Of a stretch of 64,000 nucleotides of DNA, positions 27,566 through 38,427 are shown in pieces; the stretch's first letter is position 1, and the number at the start of each line of letters is the position of its first letter. The stretch comes from Candidatus Latescibacterota bacterium. Its GTDB lineage: Bacteria; Latescibacterota; UBA2968; UBA8231. Under the pieces are notes generated by a model. The model searched no databases. It saw nothing but the letters and a program-made list of their open reading frames with translations, and was not told where the DNA came from. The stretch spans positions 896,001 to 960,000 of the forward strand of contig CBDCXV010000011.1 in NCBI GenBank assembly GCA_965223905.1, read 5' to 3'. A program made the position numbers and the translations under genes.

Positions 27566-28846
27566 CTAAGGCCCCTGCCCGAGCTGCTCTAGCTTTTCCC
27601 TGGCAGGAGCGAAGTTCGGATCCATTTTCAGAGCCTTTTCGAACAGCTCGCGGGCCCTCTGATTGCGTCGGTACTTGAAGTGGACCAGTCCCAGGGCATA
27701 AACCGCTTCTGCATCGCCCGGTCTGCGCTCAAGAGTCTGCTGCCGGGCCTTTTGTTCTTTTTCATATTGCTTCAAACCTTGAAAAACCTGCATCAGCTGA
27801 CGGCCTTCTTCCCGGCGTCCCTGCCTCAGGTAGAGCCGGGCAAGACTGTAGTAAGCCGCGGCGTGGTCGGGATCTATTTCAATGGTTTTCAAGTAGAGAG
27901 CGGGAGTCTCCGGGTCTCCCAGCATCTCCAGCACAACGCCCAGCCGGTAATAGGACTCGGCGTAGGTGGAATCTGCTTGTATGGCTTGCCGGTAGTAGAT
28001 CCTGGCTTCCTCCAGCCTGCCCTCCTGCTCGCTGATAAACCCCAGACCATAGTAGGACTCGAACCGTCCTTCCCCCAGCTCGAGGGTCCGCTGATAGGCT
28101 TGGCGCGCATGGGCATAATCGCCCAGATCCATGTAGCTTTTGGCCAGTTGCATCCGTACATACCCGTCTTCGGGCACCACCTCAAGCGCCCTTTTCAGTG
28201 CCTGAATAGCCTTGCCCGGCTTGTGTTGCAGGTTGTAGACCAGGCCCGTATTGCTCCAGGCCTGAAGAAAGTCTGGCTTCCGCTGCAACGCCTGCTCGTA
28301 CTGGTCGAGTGCTTTGTGGTAGAATCCTTCCTGCTGATATAGATATCCGAGGTTGTAATAGACCTCGGCAAAATGGGGTTTCAGCCGAATAGCCTGCTGG
28401 TAATTGGCCTTTGCCTGGGGAAAATTTCCCAGATGATCGTGGACGATGGCCAGACCGATGCGGGTCTCGAAGAGATCGGGATCCAACTCCAGCGCCCGGT
28501 CGAAATATTTCAGGGCCTGTCTGTACTGCTCCCGGGCGGTGTAGACCATCCCCAAATTGCTCCAGCCCTGGGCCAGATCCGGCCATTCCTCCACTGCTTG
28601 CCAGTAGTGGGGCTCAGCTTCGCCCAGCCTCCCCTGATCGCGCAGGATATTGCCCTGTGCATTGGCCGCTCGGGCCCGCTTTTGGGTCTGGTCAGCTTCC
28701 CAGCGGAACCACCCGTAGCCTCCCAGCACCAATAGCAGAAGCAATCCCAGGATGACCGGTGGAAATCGGCGGCCGCCTTTAGAGACTTTTTTGCCGATTG
28801 CCTCCTTGTGGTTTTGCTGTTTCTGGAGTCCACGATTGGAGTCCAT
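27566..28846 (-). CDS. TPR protein with N-terminal membrane anchor
   Basis: TM ILGLLLLLVLGGYGWF followed by 34-aa TPRs (AEVYYNLG, AWSNTG). Confidence 0.85.
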   Translation of the reverse strand: MDSNRGLQKQQNHKEAIGKKVSKGGRRFPPVILGLLLLLVLGGYGWFRWEADQTQKRARAANAQGNILRDQGRLGEAEPHYWQAVEEWPDLAQGWSNLGMVYTAREQYRQALKYFDRALELDPDLFETRIGLAIVHDHLGNFPQAKANYQQAIRLKPHFAEVYYNLGYLYQQEGFYHKALDQYEQALQRKPDFLQAWSNTGLVYNLQHKPGKAIQALKRALEVVPEDGYVRMQLAKSYMDLGDYAHARQAYQRTLELGEGRFESYYGLGFISEQEGRLEEARIYYRQAIQADSTYAESYYRLGVVLEMLGDPETPALYLKTIEIDPDHAAAYYSLARLYLRQGRREEGRQLMQVFQGLKQYEKEQKARQQTLERRPGDAEAVYALGLVHFKYRRNQRARELFEKALKMDPNFAPAREKLEQLGQGP

Positions 28847-28920
28847 ATTATTGATCCTTTACGTCGAGCAATAGCTTTACCCCCTCCTGACGTTCAAAAA
28901 GCGCAAAGGCTTCCCGCCAC

Positions 28921-29886
28921 TCATCCAGGGGGGACTTCCAGGGAGATCAGACTGGCGCTATCGATCTTGCCTCGCTCCATGAGCTTGAGCGCCCGCTTCC
29001 AGGCTGTGGGCTTCTGGCCCAAGGAGCCGGTGAATTCGAGTTCCTTAAAAGCCACCTGCTCCAGATCGACCTGGATCGGCCGTCCGAAGAAGCCCGTCTG
29101 GGTGTAGCTGCCCTGCTTGCGCACCAGCTCCAGCCCCAGGCTCACCCCTGCTTGCGCTCCGGAACACTCCAGGACGACGTCTGCACCGTAGCCTTCCGAC
29201 AGCTGCTTTATCTGCTCCACCGCGTCATCCCGTTCCACGTCGATGGCGTAGTCCGCACCGAGCTGACGGGCCAGTTCCAGCCGCTCCTCGTCCCGGCTAA
29301 GGCCGCAAACAAAGGCAACCCCCCCTAGGCCTTGACTACCTGGAGACAGAGAAGGCCCATGGTTCCGGGACCGACGATGGCTACCAGGTCCCCGCCCTTA
29401 TCCCGGTCAATTCGGTAACCGCATGGACGGCGCAGGCCAGGGGGTCGGTCAGGGCTCCGGTGCGAAAATCCACCACCTCTGGTAACCTCAGGACGCAGCG
29501 GCAGGTACCAAGCAGGTCCGGGCAAAGCTGCCGTCGTGCCAGTAGCCCATGGACTCTCGCTGGATGCAGAGGTTGTAGAACCCGGTCCGGCAGTAGCGGC
29601 AGGTCCCGCACACCCTCACGCTGGGCATAGCCGTGACCCGCTCCCCGACATCCACCTGCTCTACCTGATCCCCGATCTCCACTACTCTGCCGCTGAACTC
29701 GTGTCCCAGGACCACCGGGACCTGAATGGAGATCTTGATTTCGTCGTGAAAGATGTGGAGTTCCGAGCCGCAGATCCCCGTGGCCTCCACCTGGATCCGC
29801 ATCTCGTTGACGGTCAGCTGGCGCTCGGCTACCTGGCGTACCCCCATGTTGCCCTGGCCGCGGGCGTATTTCACCAGTGCTTTCAT
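28921..29886 (-). pseudogene. Zinc-binding alcohol dehydrogenase, frameshifted and 3'-truncated
   Basis: GICGS, GHEFSG and CxxCxxC in 29488..29886; GPGTMG in the 29325 frame; GADVVLECSG in the 28921 frame; at least three frame changes. Confidence 0.82.
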
Positions 29887-30239
29887 TTCTGCTGCCTCTC
29901 ACTCGCCAAATGTGGAGCGCCAGCCCGCACATCCGGCCTGCAGCGGTTTTGCGATGCTACTGAAAGTGTATAGGGTCCCCGGAGCCCGCAACAGAGCCTT
30001 TTCCGACGCTTCAACCCTCCTGGAAAATTTGCTCTGTTGAGCTTTTCTTTTTTAAATTCCTAGTCTGCCTTCGAAGCGCATTTTTCTTGGCCCTTTTGGG
30101 CTTGCTGACGCTTCCCGGGCGCGCTCCGGAATCCGAGCCTGTCCGCAAAGAAGTCGAGCTTGAGGACTGCGCCTCCAACCAGAGACACCGGCATCTCGAC
30201 GTCGATCAGGTTTTGCGTTTTGTGGAGGACGATTAAATT

Positions 30240-31502
30240 TTGGCTCCGGTTGCCAGATGCCTGATTTGCCTGGCCAGCTGGCTGGTTGGCTGCGCTTCGG
30301 AGCCTGCCGATTCGCTCAAAGATACGCCCGCCTCTGATCCCTCGCAGGCTCCGGAGCAATCCACAAACTACGCCAACCAGGCCACCGCCCATTTCCAGGC
30401 CGGCCGCTTCGATGCGGTCCTCGCCGTCTGTCGAGCCGGCTTGGAACTGGATTCGACGGCGGTTGCGCTCTACAACCTCCAGGCGGCGGTATACTCGGCT
30501 CAAGGACGCTATGCCTTGGCCATCGAAGCCCTGGAAAAGGCCGTGCATTTTCACCCTGACTACGCAACGGGCTATGTCAATCTGGGGGGTATCTATACCA
30601 CTTTGGGCCGCTATACAGAAGCAGAGGAAAATCTGCGACAGGCCCTCGCCCTGGAACCCGCCCACTCTGCAGTGCACCGCCGGCTGGGCGAAATTTACCT
30701 GGGAACGAGCCGGTACGGGGACGCTATCCGCGAGCTGGAGCAGGCCCTGTACGTCTATCCACAAGATGCTACGCTCTACTTTTTTCTGAGCCAAGCCCTC
30801 GAAGGAGACGGACAGGAGGAAGCTGCTCTCGAAGCCCTGGCCACCAGTACCCAGCTCGACATGGGCTTTGCCGAAGCCTACTACCGGGTGGCCGGACTGG
30901 CGCGCAAATTGGGTCGCCCCTCCCAGGCTCGATCCGCCCTGAAGCGCTTCCAGCACCTGCAGCAGATCGGGGACGGCGACCCGGATGTCCCCAAGCAGAT
31001 GGAGAAATTGCGCGACTCCATCCTGAATGCCCCGGAAAACCCCTTCTATCACTTTAGACTTGGCGCGTTCTTCTCTCGGCACGGCTATATCGACGAAGCG
31101 CTGAACAAATTTGACAAAGCGATCCGCCTGGATCCCGGCAACCTAATTCTGCTCAATCAGATAGCCAGCATCCTGATCAAGCAACAGCGCCTGGCCGAAG
31201 CCCTCCGCTACTGCGAGAAGGCCCTCGGCCACCAGCCGGACTTCTTCCCGGCCCTGATCAACGCCGGCAGCATCCTGAGCATGAGCCAGCGCCGCGAAGA
31301 AGCCCTCAATTACTTCCGCCAAGCGGTCGCCGCCTCACCACAGGATTCCAGAGGTTGGTACTACCTTGGCCGGGAACTGCTCCGCACCGAGCGCCAGAAA
31401 GAAGCCCGGGATGCGCTGCAGAAAGGATGGGATCTGAGTCCGTCCGATAGTCCCCTGCGCCAGCAGCTCGACGACCTTCTGGAAAGTCTGGAAGACGATT
31501 AG
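30240..31502 (+). CDS. TPR lipoprotein
   Basis: Lipobox LVGC; multiple TPRs. Confidence 0.82.
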   Translation: MAPVARCLICLASWLVGCASEPADSLKDTPASDPSQAPEQSTNYANQATAHFQAGRFDAVLAVCRAGLELDSTAVALYNLQAAVYSAQGRYALAIEALEKAVHFHPDYATGYVNLGGIYTTLGRYTEAEENLRQALALEPAHSAVHRRLGEIYLGTSRYGDAIRELEQALYVYPQDATLYFFLSQALEGDGQEEAALEALATSTQLDMGFAEAYYRVAGLARKLGRPSQARSALKRFQHLQQIGDGDPDVPKQMEKLRDSILNAPENPFYHFRLGAFFSRHGYIDEALNKFDKAIRLDPGNLILLNQIASILIKQQRLAEALRYCEKALGHQPDFFPALINAGSILSMSQRREEALNYFRQAVAASPQDSRGWYYLGRELLRTERQKEARDALQKGWDLSPSDSPLRQQLDDLLESLEDD

Positions 31503-31554
31503 AATGGATGTGAATTCCTTCGCGGAACCTTGAACGCGCCGCGCGACCTCGTAC

Positions 31555-32270
31555 CCCAAATCGCCCGGGCGAGCAGTGCCTCCTGAGTCGCTTCTTCCCG
31601 GTGAAACTCCCCGGCAATCCGGCCGGCCTTCAGCACGTAAACCAGGTCGCACTATCCCAGAATTTCGGGAAATTCCGAAGACATGACCACAAGGGCCAGT
31701 CCCTTGCAGGCCAGCTCGTCCAGAAGCGCGTAGATTTCGACTCTGGCTCCCTCGTCGATGTCCCGGGTGGGTTCGTCGACGAATAGAACCTCCAGATCCT
31801 CCTTCATCAGCCAGCGCGCGATCAACACTTTCTGCTGGGTTTGGCGATGCTCTGCTGCCTCGTAGGCGTCTGGATCGACAGTTGTTCGATCATCTCTCCG
31901 ACCCGTGCTGCTTCCTGTTTCTGGCGGATGCGGGCCCGGCGGCAAAATTGCCCCAACGAAGCGATGCTCATGTTGCGCCCAACACTAAGATGGGGGAAAT
32001 GCCTTCTGTTCTCCTGCCTTCGGGTACCAATCCGATCCCCAGCCGCCGCGCTTCCGGAGGCGAATCGGGAGGTACCGGCTTTCCTTCCACCAGGATGTCC
32101 CCCCGACAGACGCTTATCGGCACCGAAAACGGCCCGGGTCAGTTCGGTCCGTCCGGCTCCTATCAATCCCGCAAAGCCCACGATCTCGCCTCGCTTTACC
32201 CGAAAGGACACTTTGCTCACGCTGGAGGTCGTCAGATTGTCGACCTCCAGAATGACGTCTCCCCGCCCGG
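31555..32270 (-). pseudogene. Sugar ABC transporter ATP-binding protein (RbsA-like), 3' half only, degraded
   Basis: [26 protein letters not shown] and DEPTRDID lie in different frames; in-frame TAG at 31652; the first ATPase domain is absent. Confidence 0.8.
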
Positions 32271-32273
32271 TAT

Positions 32274-32519
32274 GGCAGGACCTCCAATCTCAGCGCCATC
32301 GGCACCCGCGTCCGGGTCCGGGTAGGGGATCGGGTCCAGGAGGCCGAAGTCAGCAGCGGCATCGGTTTTGGCTCATCCAACAGCTGGCCGCTGGAATTCG
32401 GACTGGGCGTCCGTACCCAGGTCGACGAGTTGGAAATCTTCTGGCCTTCGGGTAAAACCGAAAAGCACCAACACCTCGATGCCGACCAAGTCCTGCATTT
32501 TACAGAGCAAGCGCCGTAG
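32274..32519 (+). pseudogene. 3' fragment of a CRTAC1/ASPIC-UnbV gene
   Basis: Not in the ORF track. Translates GRTSNLSAIGTRVRV..EVSSGIGFGSSNSWPLEFGLG..ELEIFWPSG..HFTEQAP*, matching the ASPIC/UnbV ends of the 25822 and 41349 proteins. Confidence 0.8.
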
Positions 32520-32563
32520 CTTTGCGTTGCCCTCAGCCGGCGGATGGCCAGACCCGCGGTATG

Positions 32564-33403
32564 TCATTCCCTTACCGCCCCCGCCGTCAATCCCTGCACA
32601 AAGTACTTCTGCAGAAAGACGAAAAGCACGATAGGCGGGAGGCTGAAGATCAGGGAGGCGGCGAAGAGCTGGTCGTACTTGTTGACGTACTGACCCAGAA
32701 AAGCGGCGCGCAGGCCCACGGGGATGGTGAGCGCCCGGGTCTTGGTAAACAAATAGGCGAAGAGGAATTCATTCCACGCCAGAAGAAAAGCGAAAATGCC
32801 CACTGCGATAACGGCCGGGGCGGCCAGGGGCAATACAATGCGGTAGAGGAGCTGCAGACGGTTGCACCCGTCGATGAGGGCGGCCTGCTCCAAGTCTGCG
32901 GGAATGGAGCGAAAATATCCGTTCAGCAGCCAGGTGCAGAAAGGGATGGCGAAACCAGTGTAGACCAGCACCATGCCCGCGTGGGTATCCAGCAGCCCCA
33001 GGTTGCGGATCACCTGGAAGAGCGGAATCAGAATCGAACTGCCGGGCAGCATCTGGGACATAACCACCAGCATGAGCAGGACGGTGTTCCCCCGGAAGCG
33101 AAAGCGGGCGAAGGCATAGGCAGCGCAGATGCTGAAGATCAGGGCGACCAGAGCGGTCATCAGCGAGATGACCGTACTGTTGAAGAGGTACTTGAGAAAG
33201 GGCGCTGCATCCCAGAACTCGACATAAGCTTTGAAAGTGATCGACCGGGGAAAGATCAGCGGCGGACTGCTCGCCACCTCCGCCAGCGGACGCACCGAAG
33301 TGGTGACGACCCAGATCAGCGGTGCAACCAGAAAAAACGTACCCAGCCCCCCCAGGCTGTAGGCCATCCAGGCCCTGAGTGCGTCGCGGGTTTTAAGCTT
33401 CAT
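32564..33403 (-). CDS. Carbohydrate ABC transporter permease (MalG-like)
   Basis: EAA loop IPADLEQAALIDG; AWNEFLFA; QKYFVQGLTAGAV. Confidence 0.92.
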   Translation of the reverse strand: MKLKTRDALRAWMAYSLGGLGTFFLVAPLIWVVTTSVRPLAEVASSPPLIFPRSITFKAYVEFWDAAPFLKYLFNSTVISLMTALVALIFSICAAYAFARFRFRGNTVLLMLVVMSQMLPGSSILIPLFQVIRNLGLLDTHAGMVLVYTGFAIPFCTWLLNGYFRSIPADLEQAALIDGCNRLQLLYRIVLPLAAPAVIAVGIFAFLLAWNEFLFAYLFTKTRALTIPVGLRAAFLGQYVNKYDQLFAASLIFSLPPIVLFVFLQKYFVQGLTAGAVRE

Positions 33404-34292
33404 GCCCCTCCTCCTTGAAGATGGTGCGGATAAAGACGACACTCATACCCAGCAGAAACACCAGGAGCAGGAGACCGGCGGCCGCACCCCGGCCTAGGAG
33501 CAGGTTTTCGAAGGCGATCCGGTAGATGGTGATCGGCAATACCTGGGTGCTCCTGGCCGGTCCTCCTTCGGTCATGATGTAGATCAGGGCGAAGTCGTTG
33601 ACCATCCAGATCGTGGCGAAGAGGAAGACCACCCCGATGACGTGCCTGAGCTGCGGCAGGGTGACGAACCAGAAGCGCTGCAGCAGACCGGCGCCGTCCA
33701 TGTGGGCGGCTTCGTAGAGTTCGGCAGAGATGCTCTGGAGGCCGGCCAGGAGCATGATGGTTATGTACGGCATGAAACGCCAGATATTCGCCACGACTAC
33801 CGCGGCCATGGCCGTGTCGGGGTGAGCCAGCCAGGGCACGTTCGCATCGATCAGGCCCAGGGTGTGCAGAAAATAGTTGACCAGTCCGAAGCTGTCGTGA
33901 AATAGCCAGCGCCACATGTAGCCTGTTACCACCGGTGCAATAGCCCAGGGGACGATGAGGAATGCGGTGAAAACAGGTCTGTATTTTTTGATTTCGTTGA
34001 AGATAGAGGCCATCCCCAACCCCAGGACAAAGACCAGTGGCAGGGAGATCAAAGTGAACTTCAACGAACTGACTACGCTGCCGATGAAAGTCCGGCTGCC
34101 CAGCAGCTTGGCGTAATTGGCCAGACCTACGAAGTCGCCGCCGCCGCCTTTGATCAATTTCACCTTCTGCAGGCTCATGACCACATTCCCCACGACCGGA
34201 TAGAGGGTTACTACAGCCAGAACCGCCATCCCTGGCAGGAGGAAATAGTAGGGGGTCAGTTTTTTGCGCCTGAGCGCGGCTCTAAAAGTCAT
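33393..34292 (-). CDS. Carbohydrate ABC transporter permease (MalF/UgpA-like)
   Basis: FVGLANY; LAGLQSI..ELYEAAHMDGA; MTEGGP. Confidence 0.92.
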   Translation of the reverse strand: MTFRAALRRKKLTPYYFLLPGMAVLAVVTLYPVVGNVVMSLQKVKLIKGGGGDFVGLANYAKLLGSRTFIGSVVSSLKFTLISLPLVFVLGLGMASIFNEIKKYRPVFTAFLIVPWAIAPVVTGYMWRWLFHDSFGLVNYFLHTLGLIDANVPWLAHPDTAMAAVVVANIWRFMPYITIMLLAGLQSISAELYEAAHMDGAGLLQRFWFVTLPQLRHVIGVVFLFATIWMVNDFALIYIMTEGGPARSTQVLPITIYRIAFENLLLGRGAAAGLLLLVFLLGMSVVFIRTIFKEEGHEA

Positions 34293-35565
34293 TGAGGATC
34301 TCATTGACCTCCTCTGCGGCGAGGTCCAGAGCCTCCTGAGGACCTATGGTCCCGGTGAAGGCGGTGTTGACCGCAATGGCCAGAATGATCTGAATCTCGG
34401 CAATCCGTGGATGGCTCGACCAGCCCAGGCCTACCTGGGCCTCTGAGAGCAGGACATCCAGGTCGATATACTCGGATTCGATTTCTCCTTCGTACGCGGC
34501 CTTCTGGGTGGGCAGACCCGTCATGGCCGGCTCGAGTCTCAGCAGGCCTGGATGGTCTGAGAAAAGGGCTTTGAGCACGGCCCAGGCCTCTTCCTTCACC
34601 TTACTGTAGCCGGCAATGGAGACCATGGGAACGTCGAGCAATGTGCGGGGAGGGTGACTTTCGAGGGGACGGGCAGGACCGGGGACCGGGGCCAGCGCCA
34701 GCTTGGAAAGATCGAAATCATACTGGTTGTAGACTACGTCCTGCCACCAAGGTCCTTCAATGGAGATCGCCGCTTTCTCCGTGCACCAGTGGGCAAGGTT
34801 CTCGTCCCAGAGGTAGGCCGCACTGGCGGCGGGTAGGAAGCCCTCCCGCTGCATATCCACCAAAAAGCTGAGGGCGGCCACCCCGGCCGGTCCATTGAAG
34901 GCCGCCCTAGTCTGGTCCTCGTTCAAAACCCGTCCACCGGCTTTGCACAGCAGGGGAAAGAAGCGGTAGGAAGTATCCCCTTTGGGCCCGCCCGGCATGG
35001 TGAAAGCGTGAATCCCGCGCTCTTTCAGAACCGGTCCGAGGGCGCGCAGTTCTTCCCAGGTGGAAGGGGTTTCCAGGCCGTGGTCTGCGAGGATTTTTTT
35101 GTTTACCGCCAAAACGAAGGGAAGCATGGTAATGGGTAGACCATAGTGCTTGCCCTCAAAGGCCACCAGCTCCATGACATTGGGGAAATAACGCTCCGCT
35201 ATCTGGGGAAAGTCCGGGAAGTTATCCAGAGCGTACAGCCCTCCGAGGCCGCCGAATTCGGCCGAGTAGCGGTGGAGAATGTGGAGGAGGTCCGGGCCTT
35301 CACCCATGATGGTAGTGCTAATCAGGCTTTCCCGCTGGGTGAACCAGTCTTTGAAGTGGAGATCGACCTGGATGTCTTTGTGGGTGGCGTTAAAGGCCCC
35401 GACCGCCTCCCTGAGCCAGGACTGCTGGCCGGAGGTGCCACCGAAGTGCCAGTGCACCACCACGGTGGGCTTTCCTTTCCCGGGCCCGGCCTCTCTCTGG
35501 CAGGCAGGACCCAAGAAGGCGACACACAGTGAGAAAAGGAGGTATTTGACCATCTCCCATCTCAT
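34282..35565 (-). CDS. Sugar ABC transporter extracellular solute-binding lipoprotein
   Basis: Lipobox GPAC after ATG 35565; GPDL, YGLP, PSTWEEL and QEALD motifs of CUT1 binding proteins. Confidence 0.88.
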   Translation of the reverse strand: MRWEMVKYLLFSLCVAFLGPACQREAGPGKGKPTVVVHWHFGGTSGQQSWLREAVGAFNATHKDIQVDLHFKDWFTQRESLISTTIMGEGPDLLHILHRYSAEFGGLGGLYALDNFPDFPQIAERYFPNVMELVAFEGKHYGLPITMLPFVLAVNKKILADHGLETPSTWEELRALGPVLKERGIHAFTMPGGPKGDTSYRFFPLLCKAGGRVLNEDQTRAAFNGPAGVAALSFLVDMQREGFLPAASAAYLWDENLAHWCTEKAAISIEGPWWQDVVYNQYDFDLSKLALAPVPGPARPLESHPPRTLLDVPMVSIAGYSKVKEEAWAVLKALFSDHPGLLRLEPAMTGLPTQKAAYEGEIESEYIDLDVLLSEAQVGLGWSSHPRIAEIQIILAIAVNTAFTGTIGPQEALDLAAEEVNEILNDF

Positions 35566-35569
35566 CAGC

Positions 35570-36609
35570 TCAAACCTCCACTTCGCGTCCCTGTTCAGCC
35601 GATTCGTACATGCCCACCAGAATGCGATGCACGGTAAGGGCATCTTTGTAGGTGACGATGGATTCGCCATTTTCCTAGATGGTCGCTATGAACTCTTCGT
35701 GCGCGGCGGCGTACTGGTTCTTGGGCTCGGGCTCTGCGGCCAGCTCGACTGGGACGATTTTTTCGCGTTCTTCAAGTTCCACGGGTCCACTGTCTTTAGC
35801 CACTCCCAGGGTCCCATTTTTCTCGAATCCGGTCTCCCGTCCGCCGGGATGGGTCAGCCAGCTCCCCTCGATCGACATGGATGAGCCATCTACAAAGCGC
35901 ACGTGAGCGTGCCCGAAGTCCTCTACTGTGACTTCGCAGATCTGGCCCTCAAAGTGAATCGGCGGATCAGGCATTTTGTCGATCCGGCAGTTGGTCGATC
36001 CACTCACTGTCACCGGCTCCGGCATCCCGATAACCCACAGTGCCGCATCTAAGATGTGTATCACCGTGGCTCCCATCACCCCGCCAAAGAAATATTCCTT
36101 GCGGTGGTGGAAGCGCCCCCAAGGGTAGGCGTAGGCCATGACGTGCCCTCCCCGGACCCGAGTGTGGTAGACTTGTCCGAGTTTGCCTGCGGCGATGAAG
36201 TCTCCGAGGGCTCGAAAGGCGCGATTCTGCCGCATCTGAAACCCCATGGTGAACAGCTTTCCGGTTTTTTCCCCTGCTTCTACTATGGCTTCGGCCTCAG
36301 CTATGTTCATGCACAGCGGCTTCTCGCACAGGACGTTGGCACCGGCCTCAAAGGCGGCTATATATACTGTGCTCGGCGTGATACAGGGCCGGAGAGGCGA
36401 CCACCACATAGTCTGGTTTCTCCACCTGCAACATGGCCCGATAGTCCGCATAGGTGGCGGTCACTCTGTACTCTGCGGCAACGGCTTCCAGAGTAAAAGG
36501 ATCGGGATCGACCAAGGCGATGACTTCGGCATCGGCGGCCATGCCCCAGCGCTCTGAGATGCCCTCTGCCCATGGCGCCCCCACCGATTACAGCGGTTCT
36601 GACGCTCAT
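35570..36609 (-). pseudogene. Gfo/Idh/MocA oxidoreductase with frameshift and premature stop
   Basis: N-terminal AVIGGGAMG; CEKP motif; frame changes in the 5' part; TAG at 35675 followed in frame by a typical C-terminus (..YESAEQGREVEV*). Confidence 0.8.
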
Positions 36610-36649
36610 CTTATTCCTTCACTTGACGGGTTTATCGGGACGGCAAGTC

Positions 36650-37756
36650 CTATCCCAAATGCATGGCCTCGCCGCCGAGCAAAAAACTACGGGTGTCGTA
36701 ACGACCAGGACGCTGTACGGGCAGCTGGCCCGATTCCACCATCAGGTCGAGTGGATTGTCGCGGGTCTGCAGGGGCAAATACACTTTCTCGTGACAGCGT
36801 GCCGATTCAAAGACCCCCATCATCATATGCATGGTCCACAACCCGTTTTCCGCCTGGTTGCGGTGGACGCAGCGGCCTTCGATCCAGTCGACTAGTTCCC
36901 GGGCCTGGGCAGCCATAGGTTCGACATTTTCCACTTCCACGTCCTTCCAGCCTTTGGTCTTGACATTGAAATAGCGTATCCAGCCATCGTCGAAGTCAAT
37001 CACGCCCTCAGTACCCTGCACAAAAGCCCACTTTTGCTCGGGCACCAGATCCGTCTGGAAGGTTCCCTGAACCCCACCTGCAAAGCGCAGAAATCCCGCC
37101 ACGCAGTCTTCGCAGCGTACACTGCGCTCGTAGCGGTCGGTCTTGCGCTCCACCTGACCGAAGACCCACTCGACTTCGGGATTGCCCAAGATGTAGCGCA
37201 TGCAGTCCAGCCCATGGCTGGTGGCATTGAGCAAGCCCGTCAGACGGGTATGCGACACCCGCTCCACTTGGCCGACGGCACCCTTGGCAATGAGCTCTTT
37301 GGCCTTGGTCCAGGCCCCCAGGAAGCGGCGCTGGAAGCCAATGGCCAGTTTGACCTGGTTGCGCTGACAGGCGATCACCATTTCCTCGGCCTCTCCCAGG
37401 GAAGTAGCCATGGGCTTTTCGGTGAGAATAGCCTTGGGCTGGCGAGCTGCTGCTGAGATAGTCATCTCTGCATGCAGCGGGTGCCAAGTGCACACACTGA
37501 CGATATCGGGGCGCTCTTTGTCCAGCATCTCCCGGTAGTCCCCGTAGATTTTGGGCACGCCGAATTCTCGGGAAAACCGCTGCCCCCTGGCCTCGTCGGG
37601 ATCGGCCCCGGCCACCAAGTCGATCGCATCCACTCCGCTGTAGCCCCGGGCGTGCGACCCGGCTATGCTGCCGCAGCCGATGATGGCCGCCCGGTAGCGA
37701 GATGGCGACTGCACCGGTCTCTTCTTCCGCTTTGCTTCTGCTTGGGCCTTTGCCAT
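36650..37756 (-). CDS. Gfo/Idh/MocA family oxidoreductase
   Basis: IIGCGSIA, PDIVSVCT, EKPMA and GFQRRF motifs. Confidence 0.9.
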   Translation of the reverse strand: MAKAQAEAKRKKRPVQSPSRYRAAIIGCGSIAGSHARGYSGVDAIDLVAGADPDEARGQRFSREFGVPKIYGDYREMLDKERPDIVSVCTWHPLHAEMTISAAARQPKAILTEKPMATSLGEAEEMVIACQRNQVKLAIGFQRRFLGAWTKAKELIAKGAVGQVERVSHTRLTGLLNATSHGLDCMRYILGNPEVEWVFGQVERKTDRYERSVRCEDCVAGFLRFAGGVQGTFQTDLVPEQKWAFVQGTEGVIDFDDGWIRYFNVKTKGWKDVEVENVEPMAAQARELVDWIEGRCVHRNQAENGLWTMHMMMGVFESARCHEKVYLPLQTRDNPLDLMVESGQLPVQRPGRYDTRSFLLGGEAMHLG

Positions 37757-37921
37757 ATTCCCTCCCTTGCCGCCAAGCACAATTTTGGACCCTTAGAGCC
37801 TATAAAAAAATCCGCGTGAGGCCAGGCCGGAATTTTCACATAGGCCCTTAATCATAGCGACAACCGCTACCTCGAATCAAGGATGATTTTGGCGCGACAA
37901 GGCGACTGTCCCCGCTCTCGC

Positions 37922-37951
37922 TTGACACCAATCTGCCGCAGACCATAACTT
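37922..37951 (+). promoter_or_regulatory. Candidate sigma70 promoter for the DUF6785/CBM9 genes
   Basis: Perfect TTGACA at 37922-37927; TAACTT 18 nt downstream; lies immediately left of the IS1380-derived insertion. Confidence 0.4.
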
Positions 37952-37954
37952 ATG

Positions 37955-38383
37955 CCTGAATCCGTGATCGTTTATTAGCGAGTGGTCAAGTTTGGTATTT
38001 AGCTGAATCATGCGCTTTTCAACAGGGGATTTGGGTGTCAGCAACTGCCTATTACGGCTGATGCCGCTGTCGATGGCTCTCGACGTCGGTGGGAGTCGCA
38101 AGAGCGGGCATACCGGTGCCCTGAGTGTCATCACGTCGCCGTGAGAAAACTCGGGCTGAGGTCGCTCGGCCAAGGTGATCTCATCCACCCGCGCAGCCAG
38201 GCACGTACGTCCCATCAAGGCCAGCCCGGAATGCGACGTCAGCGTTTCTTCGCCCTGCGTAATTTGAAACGAAACCGGTTTCAATGCTTCACCTCCAAGG
38301 TGAGTCCAAATCCAGCTCTACTATACCCTCGATTCCCCTCGGAAGACAACAAAAAATAAAGGCCTCCACTTCACGGATTCAGG
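37955..38383 (-). mobile_element. Internally deleted IS1380-family element (429 bp)
   Basis: Perfect 13-bp TIRs CCTGAATCCGTGA; 5-bp TSD TTATG (37950-37954 and 38384-38388); contains an IS1380-like transposase N-terminus (ETLTSHSGLAL). Confidence 0.82.
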
Positions 38384-38427
38384 TTATGGCCAAGTCGCAT
38401 GAAACCCCGTGCATAAACCTGCTGCGC

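Noticed and set aside
38284-38385. N-terminal extension of the 703-aa ORF
   Set aside because: It lies inside the IS1380-derived element, and the paralog begins at the position equivalent to ~38428.
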